From assembly GCF_009914755.1 (NCBI RefSeq), contig NC_060933.1: 64,000 bases of DNA, one strand, 5' to 3'. This stretch comes from the human T2T-CHM13v2.0 reference genome, Homo sapiens. Position numbers and translations under genes: made by a program. Under the pieces are notes generated by a model. The model ran no database searches. It was not told where the DNA came from and saw nothing but the letters and a program-made list of their open reading frames with translations. Positions 38,461-51,671 of the stretch are shown here, in pieces. Position 1 is the first letter of the stretch. Every line of letters begins with the position of its first letter.

Positions 38461-39921
38461 ACAAGGCTGGCACTGCTGGGGTCCCACACCCCACTTTGCT
38501 CTCTAAACGGGAGCTGGACACCTGTGTCAGGCTGCTGGGAGACGGGGGCACCCACAAGCCCTGACGTTACCCCGAAGGCCCCTGGGAGGCCCAGGCAGTG
38601 GGAAGGGACGGCCTCTGGGAATCCCCCTTCTGCCTGGCCTCCCTCTGTGTGGAGTCATGAGGAGTGGATGGCCCTCGAGGGGAGCCCGTCCAGCCAGCCG
38701 CCCTCTTGAGGGAGAAGCCACGTGGCCGTGAAGCTGAGAGGCCCTGCACAGGGACCTGTCCTGCAAGCAAGGCCGGCTCCGCCCTGGGAGTCAGCAGCCA
38801 CCTTTACTGTACGTGTGAGAGTGAAGCCGCCTCCTCTAATTACACCCCTGGACCTTCTCATCCGCCCCCAGCCCTTCCAACTTCAAAGGCCTCTGGCCCC
38901 TGGCAGGGAGGGAAAGTTTCTGGGTGCCTGTGAGTACCCTGCCTCCTTGAGGCAGAAGCGTGGGCTCCATCCAGGCTGAGGTGGCAGCCGGGCCCTTTCT
39001 CCCGGGCCTGGGGTGCGGTGGGGCTGCCAGCTGGCAGTGTGGGCAGTGCCCTGGCCTGTGATGCCCCCACCTGCTCGTGGCACTTTTAAGTTGGGTCCAT
39101 CCTGAGTTTGCCAACTGGCTGCCCTGAGCTGCAACCTTGGCCCTGGTCCTGTCCTCAGGGGGTCCCAGCCAGAGACACACAGAACCACACCCAAAGACCA
39201 CAGTCTACCCTGCATAGGGGTGGGGCCCCAAAGACCAGAGCTGGGGCAGGAGGGGAGCTGACGGGCAGAGTGGCCCGCGGACGCCCAGGGGCAGCTGGTC
39301 TGGACAGGTGTTTGGGGAGGCGGAGCAGAGGGTTCCCAGGCCAGGGACCCAAGGGGGTGGGCCCAGTGGCTAATTCCAGATGGAGCCAACATGCACCAGG
39401 GAGGCTGTGCGGGGAGGGCCCAGACAGTGACGCCCCCACGGCTGTAGCATGGAGTCGCCCCGCCCTGCCTTGGCCCCCAGCAGCTGGACAGCTCCGCACA
39501 GATCCAGCGGCTGGATGGTTCCCACAAGGCCAGGAGGGAATGAAGGCCGGGTCAGAGCACCTGGGCTGAGACACCAAACAGAGCCACCTGCGTGAGGATA
39601 CCAGGGTGTGGAGCCTGCTGGTGACGTTAGCAGAGGCCCAACGTCCAGGAGGAGGGAGGTGATTTTCTCTCTCCTCAACAGTCCAAGGCCAACTCACTGG
39701 CCCAGGAGGCCTCCCTCACCCCTGACTGCTGAGTTGCTGCTCCCAACACCTTTCTGCCCACATGGTCCTTTTAGAGCTGCCGCCCCCCAGCTAGCCTGGT
39801 GCCAGCCAGGGACTGGCAGTTCCCTTCTGCGTCCTCAGCCCAGCCTGAGGACACCTAGAGGAGGTACACAGTCAGCATCAGCTTGGTGGAAACATATTCC
39901 CTCCCTCATGGCTTTGTCCTC

Positions 39922-40606
39922 AAAGAAGGGAGGAAGAATAAAGGAGGGGAGGAGGGAGGGAAGAAGAGAGGGAAGGAGGGAGGGAGGAGGGAGGGAAGGA
40001 GAGAAGGAGGAGGGAGGGAAGGAGGGAGGGAGGAGGGAGGGAAGGAGAGAAGGAGGAGGGAGGGAAAGAGGGAGAGAGGGAAGAAGGGAAGAGGGAGGGA
40101 GAGAGGGAAGGGAGAGGGACAGAGGGAGGGAGGAGGGAAGGAGGGGAGAAAGGGGAGAGAGGGGAGAGGGAGGGAAGAGTAAAGGAGGGGAGGAGGGAGG
40201 GAGGGGAGGGAGAGGGAGAGGGGAGAGAGAGAGGAAGGAGGGGAGAAGGGGGAGGGAGGGGAGAGGGAGGGAAGAGTAAAGGAGGAGAGGAGGGAGGGAG
40301 GGGAGGGAGCGAGAGGGGGGAGGGAGAGAGGGAAGGGGAAAGGAAGGAGAGGAGAAGGGGGAAGGAGGGGAGAGGAAGGGAGGGAGGAAGGGGGAAGGAG
40401 GGAGGTAGGAGGGAGGGAGGGAGGGAAGGAGGGGAGAGGGAAGGAGGGAGAGAGGAGGAAGGGAGGGAAGGAGGGAGAGGGAAAGAGGGAGAGAGGTAAG
40501 GAGGTGAGAGGGAGGGAGGAGGGAGGGAAGGAAGGAGGGAAGGAGGGAAGGAGGAGGGAGGGAGGGAAGGAGGGGAGAGGGAAGGAGGGAAGGAGGGAGA
40601 AAAGAG
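39922..40606. repeat. About 685-bp GA-rich polypurine low-complexity tract
   Basis: Almost exclusively G/A on the + strand. Confidence 0.97.
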
Positions 40607-40614
40607 CTCAGGAA

Positions 40615-40742
40615 TCCTTTAGCCTTTGAAGTGGCTCCCAGGGGGACAGCCTCACTGTCCCTGCCCCAATTACACAGTTACACAGTAAGAGCACCAATAA
40701 AACCTGAGCATTTGATCCCAATTTCAAAGATCTTTGATCCAG
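40615..40742. promoter_or_regulatory. Candidate Wnt-responsive enhancer (TCF/LEF x3 plus CDX/HOX13 motif)
   Basis: CCTTTGAAG 40623; TTCAAAG 40723; CTTTGAT 40732; CCAATAAAA 40694; CAATTA 40667. Confidence 0.45.
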
Positions 40743-42911
40743 CCTGTGCCTCCCCTGTCCCTGTGCCCGGGGCGCCGGGTGGGGCCCAGCCTGGCCTCCC
40801 TGGTCCTCCTGCAGAAGCCCCTCCGCATCGCTCTCGGCCGGGTCTGTATCTCTCCTCCCCATCTTCTCTGGATGCTTCTGTGACTCTCTCCTGACTGGGT
40901 CTCTCTCCTTCAGTCAGTCTCCCACTGTCTCTCTGTCTCACTGTCTGTCTCTTTCTGTCTCTTTGTCCTCTGGGCACTGGCCCCACTTCCTGGGAAAACA
41001 GGAGCTGCGGGGTCTCCTTGTTGAGGGACAAATGCCAAACGGGCCGGGGCCATCTGCTCAGGGGCCCTGGAAAACTGGCCCAAAGCTCCAGCAAATGGCC
41101 CTGACGATGGGGCCTTCCCCGCCCCTGCCCTCTGCGGGGCTCTTCCTGGAGAGGCTGTAAAGAGTTACTGAGTGTGTTTCCCCCGGGTCTGTTGCGGGCA
41201 GGCGGGGTACCTGGTGGCTGGGGGAAGGGAAGGCATGGCATGCCCCTGCTCTGAGGAGGGCATCCCAGGGAGAGTGGGGGTCTTCTCCCCTGGAATATGG
41301 CCCAGACCCCTATCTCAGGAACCTGAGGCCCCCAGGGCAGGGCCAGGCGGGTGGGCGGCCATGGCCAAATAGGGGCTCCAGGCAACTCCCGGTCAGTGTT
41401 GCGCGGCCCCTCCCTGCAGCTGCCCCTCCAGGGTGTCCACAGGACATTCCCAGTGCCTGCTGCACCCCCAGCCAGCTGCCCCAAGGTCACATTTCTTGGC
41501 AGATAACCCTCCCAGCACCCACTGACTGGCCCCGGGCCCCAGACTTTTCCTGAGCCCCCTCTCCAACCCCCCGCACTTTTTGGGGACCCACTTTCCACCA
41601 TCACCGCTAGGGACAGGTCGGGCTGGGGGCAGGTCAGGCTCGGAGGGGAGGCCCCTGGAGGAACAGTGGCTCTGAGGGTGAGCAGCTCCTTGGGAAGCAC
41701 CGCTGTAGCCGGGCCAGAGGACCGCGGCTTCTCTGCCTTTCCCTCGGCAAATCTTTTCCGAGCACCTGCTCTGCCAGGCCTGGAGCAAGTCAGTTGAGGT
41801 GCGGAGGAGACTGGGCACTCTCTGTCCCCCAGAGCCCATCTGTGGGGTGGTGGCAGCAGCCACAGGCCTTCAAGCGCTCAGGCCTGGGGCTTGGAGGGTG
41901 ACCCAGAGGTCTGCGCTGCCTGGAAGGCTGCCGCCCCTGCGCCCTGGGGTACTAGATGGCCCTGGCATGCGCCTTGGAACGAGCGGGTGGCATTGGGGTA
42001 TCCAATCTCCCCCCGCCCCTCCCTGCGATGCTGCCTCCCTGCCAGAAGTGCTTGCCAGTGGAATTGCCCCTCCCACCGGGCCGGGCAGTGGAGGGCAGAG
42101 CTATCAGAAGGCTCCCCAGCCCTCATGGGCTTCAGGGGACAGAGGGACCAGGGAGTCGGGCAGGTTTGGCCAGCTGCCACCTCCCTAAGGCACCTGCAGG
42201 GAAGGGCGGCAGTTTCTAGGAAGCCAGCTGGCAGGGTGGTCCTGCCCAAAGGGTTACCGAGGGCTGCTGTGTGGAGTGGGGCTGCAGCTCAGCCAGGCCT
42301 GGGGAGGCGATGTGACTGCAGCACTGGAGAGCCCCTGCACAGCCCGCCGCCCTGCGCTCCAGAACCTACCGTCCTCTGGGGCTCCCAGGGCCAGGTGTCG
42401 GCTTCACAGCAACAAGGCCCAGGACTTGCATGGGGCGGGGGAGGGGGGTGGGGGGGCGGAGGGGAGGGCGACTTCGGTGTTTTCCAGCATTATTCTAGTG
42501 GCCACAGCCCCCAGGCCTGTTTCCTCTGTAAATGGAGATGGCAGCCCACCCCACGGGCGCTGGAGGGGAGCTGACCCTCAGGCCAGTCAGGAGCCCTGTG
42601 ACGGGACTCGCTGGAGGGCACCCACCCTCGGGACCAGGCTCCCTGGACTCCAAGCCTGCGCCCCCACGTCCACCCTGCTGGTAGGAGGCCTCGGGGTGTG
42701 GCCCCTGCCAATGAGCTGCTCCATGAGGCACTGAGCCATTGACCTCTGCCCCAGGCTGTGTGGCCCGAGGCTCAGCGCTCAGCAGTAGATATGGGCATGA
42801 GGGGGAGGTCAGGTCAGAGCCGCAGAGCTGGGAACTCAGCGCTCAGCAGTGGACGGTGGGTTCCGGGAGCAGAAAAGGTTCTGGCCTCTCCCTGTAGCCT
42901 GAGCTGGGAAG

Positions 42912-43307
42912 GCGGCCATGGGGGGCAGGTGCGGCCAGGCAGGGGAAGCGGCCATGGGGGGCAGGTGCGGCCAGGCAGGGAGGGCGGCCATGGGGGGCAG
43001 GTGCGGCCAGGCAGGGAGGGCGGCCATGGGGGGCAGGTGCGGCCAGGCAGGGGGGGCGGCCATGGGGGGCAGGTGCGGCCAGGCAGGGGGGGCGGCCATG
43101 GGGGGCAGGTGCGGCCAGGCAGGGGGGGCGGCCATGGGGGGCAGGGGCGGCCAGGCAGGGGGGCGGCCATGGGGGGCAGGTGCAGCCAGGCAGGGGGGGC
43201 GGCCGTGGGGGGGCAGGTGCGGCCAGGCAGGGGGGGCGGCCGTGGGGGGCAGGTGCGGCCAGGCAGGGGGGGCGGCCGTGGGGGGCAGGTGTGGGCAGGC
43301 AGGGAGG
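42912..43307. repeat. 36-bp G/CpG-rich VNTR, about 11 copies (GCGGCCATGGGGGGCAGGTGCGGCCAGGCAGGGGGG)
   Basis: Visible directly. Confidence 0.97.
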
Positions 43308-43789
43308 GATCCCTACAGGTGGCAGCTCACGCTGCAGGACCAGCGGCCCCAGGAACACAAGGGCTGCCCTGTGTGTGTCTGGGGGACCAAGGGGGTGAAC
43401 CTAGGCAGCCGTAGACCACAGGCTGGGTGGCCACTCATGTGGAGTCCAGGGGACCCAGGGAGCTCCAGGAGGCCTCTGGAACCCTCCAGAACCTTCCAGA
43501 ACTTCACACTTGAATTTTGTTCTGTCCCAGGCAGGTTCTCCAGCCTCAGGTCCAATGGCCAACTCATGCCCAGGGCAGGCCCAGTGTGGGGCTTGGGCGC
43601 CGAGGGAGGGACCGCACACCTTGAGTTCCTGCCGAGTCCAGAGAATGGAGGAAGTGGCCAGTGAGGGCCCAACTTGCTGGTGGGCCTCTCTGAGCCCAGC
43701 ATCCTCTTCTGAAATGGGGGCGTGATGTTCCTGCCTCCCAGGGAGATCTGCAGACCAGCCCTGCGAGGTGTGGAGTCAGCCCCTGCGCG

Positions 43790-44748
<959 letters not shown>

Positions 44749-45127
44749 CGGCCGACCCCGGAAAAACGCGGGTTTGAACTTTGGGCTCACCTGCACGTGG
44801 ATTTTCTCCTTTCTCTGCTGCTCCTGGGTCAGCAAGACCAGCCCCTCCTCTTCCTTCTCCTCCCCAGCCTCCTCAGCATGAAAAAGACCAGGATGAAGAC
44901 CTTTAGGGTGATCCGCTTCCACGTGGAGACGAGGAAATGCATCCTCTCTTCCTTAGGATTTTCCGAATGGCATTTTCTTTTCTCTGGCTTACTGTATTGT
45001 AAGAACACACTATATCACACATTCACGATACAAAAACGTGCATCGACTGTTTATGTTATTGGTAAAGCTTCTGGTCAATAGTAGCCTATGAGTAGTTAAG
45101 TTTCGGGGCAATCAAGAGTTATACTTG

Positions 45128-45717
<590 letters not shown>

Positions 45718-47406
45718 TCAAGAGTTTGAGACCTTATAATATATATAAATAGAAGGATTTTCAACTTTGTGTGGGGTTGGCGCCCGAGTCCCCCATTGAT
45801 CAAGGGCCAATTGTGTATCTCAATAAAGCTGTTAAGACAAAAAAGACTTGCCCAGACTCCCTGAGCAGGGTCAGGGCTGCAGAAGCCAAATGGGCTTGGG
45901 AGGGGCTGGCCGGCTGTGGCTCTGTTTTCACTCTGCAGGGTCCCTGGGTGTTTATTCAGCAGGCCTGGGCCCTGCTCCCCACCCAGCCAGAGGCCTCCTC
46001 CCCTCCCCGGAGTCTTCCCAGAGGATGTTTTTCCAGGGCCCGGCTGGGCAAATGGCATTTGGATTCTGGCCGGGGAAGCCTGGGGGGACAGTCCCCACGT
46101 CCTAGCCCCGTTTGGAAGCAGCCTGTTTCCTCCAGCATCCAGCCAGAGCCCTGCGGATTCATTCTCGGCCACCCGCTGCCCCTCGGAGCTGTGGGACCCC
46201 AGGGGGTGCACCTCCTGGGCTGTGCTGGCCTTGGCAAGGCTGGGCAAGGCGAGGCTGGGCCAGGCACCCCTGAGCGTGAGGGACCTGAGGAGGGGTTCAG
46301 GCAGGAGCCTCGTGTGGTCTCCCTGTGATGATATTCGGGGCCCCCGACCCCTGCCCGGTGAGGGAGCATGTGGAGCGTCAGGGCACACGGGATGCACAGC
46401 TCAGCAGCCCAGGCAGGCCTCTGGTGGAGACGTCCCACACCCCACCCCACCCTCCGCCCCGGCTCCCGCCTTCCCCACCCCCAGACCCGGCCCCTAATCA
46501 CAATGCACTTCCCACAGCTGGTCCCCACAGCGAGCTCTGCGCCATCCGGATTGAGTGGGGGTGGGTGGGAGTTTTCCCAGAAACGGGCCTGTGAGTCACC
46601 AGCCAGGCCAGGAAGTGGCTGCCTCCTGTCCAGCCCCCCAGCTGACCACTGGGCCTCAGTGTGGATCACACAGCAAGGCCATCCATGGTGACCCGAGGAC
46701 TGACTGAGCGCCTGCTGCCCCCCAACCTCCAGGCGCTCCCAGGCTGTGACTGAGACTGCGGTCAGCGGCCCCGTGCGGGCCCTCATGGAGGAGCACGAAG
46801 AACAGGTGCTTCAGGGAGGACAGGATTTTGGGGAGCCCCTGGGGGGGCCTTCCTAGAGGGGAACACGCGTGGGGAGCCCTGAGGTCAGAGCTGACACGCG
46901 TGCGAAGGAGGCCTTGGAGGCTGCAGCTCAGCAGGTGGGGCCGGGCTGGGCCCCGAGATGGAGAGGGGAGGCCTTCCCAGGGGCTGTCAGGCCAGGGGTG
47001 CCACCAGGAAGCCCAGAGGAGGGGGGGGCCGCTCCTGGGCCCCAGTCACCCAGCCTGGTATATGAGAGTAGGGGGGACCAGAGAGGGAAAGATGGTAGGC
47101 AGCCCCAGGCCACACAGAAACCCAGGCAGGACCGTAAAACCCAGGCCTCGACCCGTCAGCCTCCAGCCGCTCTCCGAGGCACCTTGCAGGGGGTGGGATG
47201 GCAGTGGGGAGCCTCTCACAACAGGAACTGGGGTCCCAGATGCTGCCCGGAGCCTGGAACTGCGAGTGGCCGTGGCGGTGGCTGTGCTGCTCTTATACGG
47301 GACACCCCGGCACCCGAAGGTCGAGCAGGGACCCAGCCCCTGCCACAGCACCTGCCAAGCATCTGGGTGACACTGTGGTCGGGTGGGGCGGGGGGCTTAA
47401 GTCAGG

Positions 47407-47730
47407 TGAATTTGTCAGCTCGGGCAGCTGTGACAAAGTTGCACAGACCCTGGTGGCTTCAACTGCAGGAACTGATTCTCCTGGAAGCCCGAGATCCAAG
47501 GGCTGGCTCTTCCGAGGCCCCGCTTCCCGCTCTTGCACACCGTCTTCCTGAGGCGCCCTCACATGGCCATCCCTCGGGGCGTGTCTGTCCCAATCTCCTC
47601 TTCTTACAAGGACGCCAGTCATATTGGATCAGGGCCACCCTGTCTTACCTTGACAACCTTTACCTGTCTCCAAACACAGTAGCACACTGGGGCCCTGGGT
47701 GCTAGGGCTTCAGCTTGTGAATCTGAGGGC
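47407..47730 (-). mobile_element. MLT1 (MLT1A-like) LTR
   Basis: ctcacatggcc..; aatctcctcttcttacaaggacgccagtcatattggatcagggcc; tctccaaacacagt. Confidence 0.85.
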
Positions 47731-47874
47731 CTTTGTCTGCCCAGGCACTGCCTCCAATAGAACCTTTGGTCCTGCAGGCCGGCAGGTGCCTCTGCCTCCA
47801 TGCAGCCTGGCCTTAGCCCTGCCTTCATTCCACCTCCCCTCTGGGACTAGGGATGGTGCTGGGAGGCCAGACAG

Positions 47875-48025
47875 GCTTTGGGGAAGTTACCTGACCTCTC
47901 TGAGCCACGAGGTCTTCATTTACAGGATGTGGCTGTGTGTCTCACTGTGACTCTGGGGAGGGACAAGGCTTAGTCAGTGCCTGCCCGGACGCCCACACCC
48001 AGCACACAGTAGGTGCTCAGAAAAC
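47875..48025 (-). mobile_element. MIR fragment
   Basis: ttggggaagttacctgacctctctgagcc...gcacacagtaggtgctcagaaa. Confidence 0.65.
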
Positions 48026-51000
48026 GCAGCCCAGATTGTTGGAGGCAGAGGGACCCAGGGGCCCCTGGAACAAAGCCCTCGTTGAGCTGGTAGAGACCAA
48101 GGCCAGAGAGCCCTAGGCACCTCCCCCGTCTCCCAAGGCCTCTGGGGACCCCCTTTCCACCGAGACCCCTCTGCCCCTGCCCCTCCGGTGACTCGGTGGT
48201 TCCCACGTCAGTGACAGCAGGGCCCCTCCCGCCCAGGACAAGCACCACCGCAGGCTGGGGCTGCCTTTCCCTCCTCCGTCTCCCCTCTGCCCACTCGGAT
48301 CCCACCAGCCTCCTCCAAGGGCCTGTCTGGCCTGCCCAGTCTGCGGGACTCCAGCCATGGTGACGATTCCCCACCATCTCTTGGGAAGGACTGGAGTCAT
48401 GGTTCAGCTCCAACTGGGGGAGTGCTCCGGTTGCCAGCGGCCAGAGGACCCCGGGGTTGGGGCTGATCCTCGTCAGTCACCCCATCACCAGCTGAAGACC
48501 CCCAGCGCCTCCCATGCCCCCTGAGGTGAGGGGGCTGCCTGGAGCATGTGCCCCTGGGGTGACTCGTCCAGGCTACCAGAGAGGCTGCCCAGGAGCACCC
48601 GTGTGAGGGGCTGGCCTGGCTCCCATCGTCAGGCACGTGAGGCTGCATGGGGGCTGCATGGGACTTCGCGCCCTTGTCCCCAGGTAGAAGAAGGGGGCGC
48701 AGATACCCCCCAGGATGGTCACAGACCCTCCCCATCCCCCTCCAGGGCCAGGGCCAGGTGGTTCGCAGGCTGAGCCTGGGCTCCTGGATCTTGGAGACAG
48801 AGGAGACAAAGGAAGAGGTCTCCAGCCATCTGGGCCATTGGTGCACTTGGGGCCTGAGGTTTCTCCAGCCCGTCGGGATTGACCCCTGCTGTCCGAGTAG
48901 CCTGGGGTGTGGGCCCCCACCCTGTCCATCTCATATGTGTCCCCCCGGCTCCCCACCAGAGGGGATGAGTGTGTGGAAGGATGTCGGGGGGCTGCTTTGC
49001 TTTCTCAGGTCAAAGAAACATTGCCCTTGCCTTTCTGGAGCCCAGAGAAGTGGGTTCTCCAGGATCCAGCCCACGGAACATTCCAGAACCTGGTGGGGGG
49101 GGCCTCACCCCTCCCCTACCTCCCCATGGGGGTGATTTCCTCTGCTCGGCCACTCCCAGGCTCACCTCCAGAAGGTCCAGTTGCTGGACCAGGCAGGTCA
49201 CAGGCCGAGCTCTGCTTCCAGCTGTCCAAACACACAGTGCCTGCAGGGCGACCTGGGGGTGATGGGGGTGTGGGATTGGGGGCTGGGGGCACAGGCCTGA
49301 GGGAGGGCCTTGCCCACTTCCCTGCAGGAGCCTCGGCCAGCCCTGCCTGTCTCTGATCTGTTGCCTCTTTGGGTTTAGGAAGTGCCAAAGAGGGCCATTA
49401 TGGGGAGACCCTCAGGACTGCAGGGGGAGGGGCTGAGAGCCGTGCAGGAGATGTGGGCCGCCCACGGGGTGTGGCGGAGTGGGGAGGACAGGGCCCTTGG
49501 AGTTCGATGGCACTGGTGTGGGGACTGGCAGGCCCCAGGTCTGGGACCAGCACCCACACAGGAGACGCGAGCCCCAAACGGTATGGCGGGAAGTGGTGGG
49601 GCCCGTGTGCTGGGAACAGGTTCGTGCCTCCTGCAAGCTGTGCCGCCACGCTGGGCCAGGCTACTGAGTCGAGCAGCATCGGGTGGGCCTGGCCCTCAGG
49701 GGCTTTGCAGGGCCTGGGGCTGGTTGGAGCTGAAGGAGGCGGCCCCTCCAGACCAGGTGCCCTCCGGTGAGTGTCTCTGTCCTGTCCTCTCCCCTGTGAG
49801 TTGGAGAGAATGGCGGCACCCTGAGCCGCTGCAAAATGAAAGAGATCGTGGGTGAGAAGAGGCTCCTTGCTGGGGGCAGCTCTGTAGGCTCCTCTACTTG
49901 GGGCGATCGGGAGGCTCTGGAAAGAGCAGGCATCTGAGCTTGGCCGGAAGGCCTGGCCCCGGCGGCTGCTGCCCCTGGGACTCCCACATGAAGAGGCTGG
50001 GCAGGGGCGTGCCTGGAGGCCTCCCAGGCAGGTGCAGAGAGCGGCTGGCAGAGAGCTAGTGTGGAAACTGCCTTCCAGGGCAGTAAACTCCCCAGCAGCC
50101 AAAACCAGAAGGACATGAGAGGGCCCTAGGTGGGGCTGTCAGCCGGGCACCCACACCAGCCACAGCCAGCCTAGGAGAAGCTAGGGAAGAGGTGGGCTTG
50201 CCGAGGTGTATGGAAGAGGGTTTGGGCTGAAGGAGAGGTCATTCTTTTAAAGGAAAAGGCGACACAAACTCAGAGTCACTGTCAGCACGTGGTGTCTGGC
50301 CTGCTGTCACCTGGGGGAAAGGCACAGGTGCTGGGAAGTCCTGCCCGGCCGCTCTGCCTGTGTGAGAACCACCTGGGGGAGGCCTGGGGGGCCACCAGCC
50401 CCAGCGGGGATCTCCAGCCAGCCCAGCCCTGTTTTTTCCTCTCCTCCCACCTCCGCACTGGCCAATTTTCCTCTGTAGTGCAGGCATTACTTGCTGTTTT
50501 GTGAAGCACGTGCTGAACCCAGCGCAGGCCTGTGGCAGGTGCTGCCAGCCAAGACCTGCCTCGACGAAGGCCCCACACCAGGCACTTCTGCCGGGTGCGG
50601 CCCCTCGAGGCGCAGGAGCTGGTGGTGCAGGCAGCATGGAGGCCGGTTCCCGGGGCACAGCTCTCCTTGGAACTAAGTGAGACCTAAGTCCCACGTGGAC
50701 GGGACCCTGGCCATCCCCCTGCACCCCTGCGTGGCCGTGGCCAGTCTCCGTGGGCGCCCACTGCTCCGTAAGCACCTGCCATCTTTCACTTCCTTATCCT
50801 GTGAGGGAAGTGGTGAAGAAGCCGAGGCTGCTGGCTGGGTCACACCACCAGCAAGTGGCAGAACCCCACCCAAGTCACACCGGCCCCGAGGCCAGGCTCT
50901 GAGCCACAGCCCAACAGCCGCAGCTGGGCCAGGACATGCCGGCTCTGGACGCAGGAGCACGGGGCAGTCTGGGCAGTGGAGACTCAGCCTGGGCGCCAGG

Positions 51001-51289
51001 ACACTGCAGCCCCCACCTCAGATGTCCCCTGGGGCCAAGGAGGGAGTGTGAGGGAGGCGGGTCCCAGGAGAGGAGGCGGAGGCCTGGGGTGCCTGAGGTC
51101 CTTGGCCTGCCCCTGCTCTCCCGGCTGCCACTTTCCTGCGGGAACAGCTTCCTGGCTTTCTGGCTGACGGCACGTTGGGAGCAAAGGTGGGGAGGCCAGG
51201 AGACCAGAGCCCTCGCTGGCACACATACGCTGTCCGGGTGGAGATGAGCACACCTTCCACCTAGAGAGGCATGTGAGTTGGGCCAAGCA

Positions 51290-51475
51290 ATGGGCAAACA
51301 TTTATGGAGCGCCTAATGTATGCCAAATCCAGTGGGGGGAGACAGGGAAGAACTGGATGCACCAACTGTCCTCAAATAGCCAGAAAAGGGCATCAGTAGG
51401 GGGTGCCCCATTGCCCAGGGAGGCCGAGACCCCTTCTGGGTGAGGCAGTCCAGGAGGACTTCCTGAAGGAGGAGG
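51290..51475 (-). mobile_element. L2 fragment
   Basis: caaacatttatggagcgcctaatgtatgcca...caggaggacttcctgaaggagg. Confidence 0.6.
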
Positions 51476-51671
51476 AGGAAGAGGGGGAGGAGCCTTAGGG
51501 ACCCTTGGAGGCTAGGCACCTCTCTGGATCTCATTTTCTCTGAGGTAGGGAGAAGAGGCCAGTCCTGCCACGGGAGGAAGAGGGGGAGGAATTTTAGGGA
51601 CCCTTGGAGGCTAGGCATGTCTCTGGGTCTCAGTTTCTCTGAGCTAGGGAGAAGACGCCAGTCCTGCCACG
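51474..51671. repeat. 99-bp tandem duplication, diverged
   Basis: Copies at 51474-51572 and 51573-51671. Confidence 0.92.

Noticed and set aside
42912-43307. Tandem CTCF or YY1 sites resembling an imprinting control region
   Set aside because: The G-run spacing does not fit the CTCF core, and only the GCCAT core of the YY1 motif is present.
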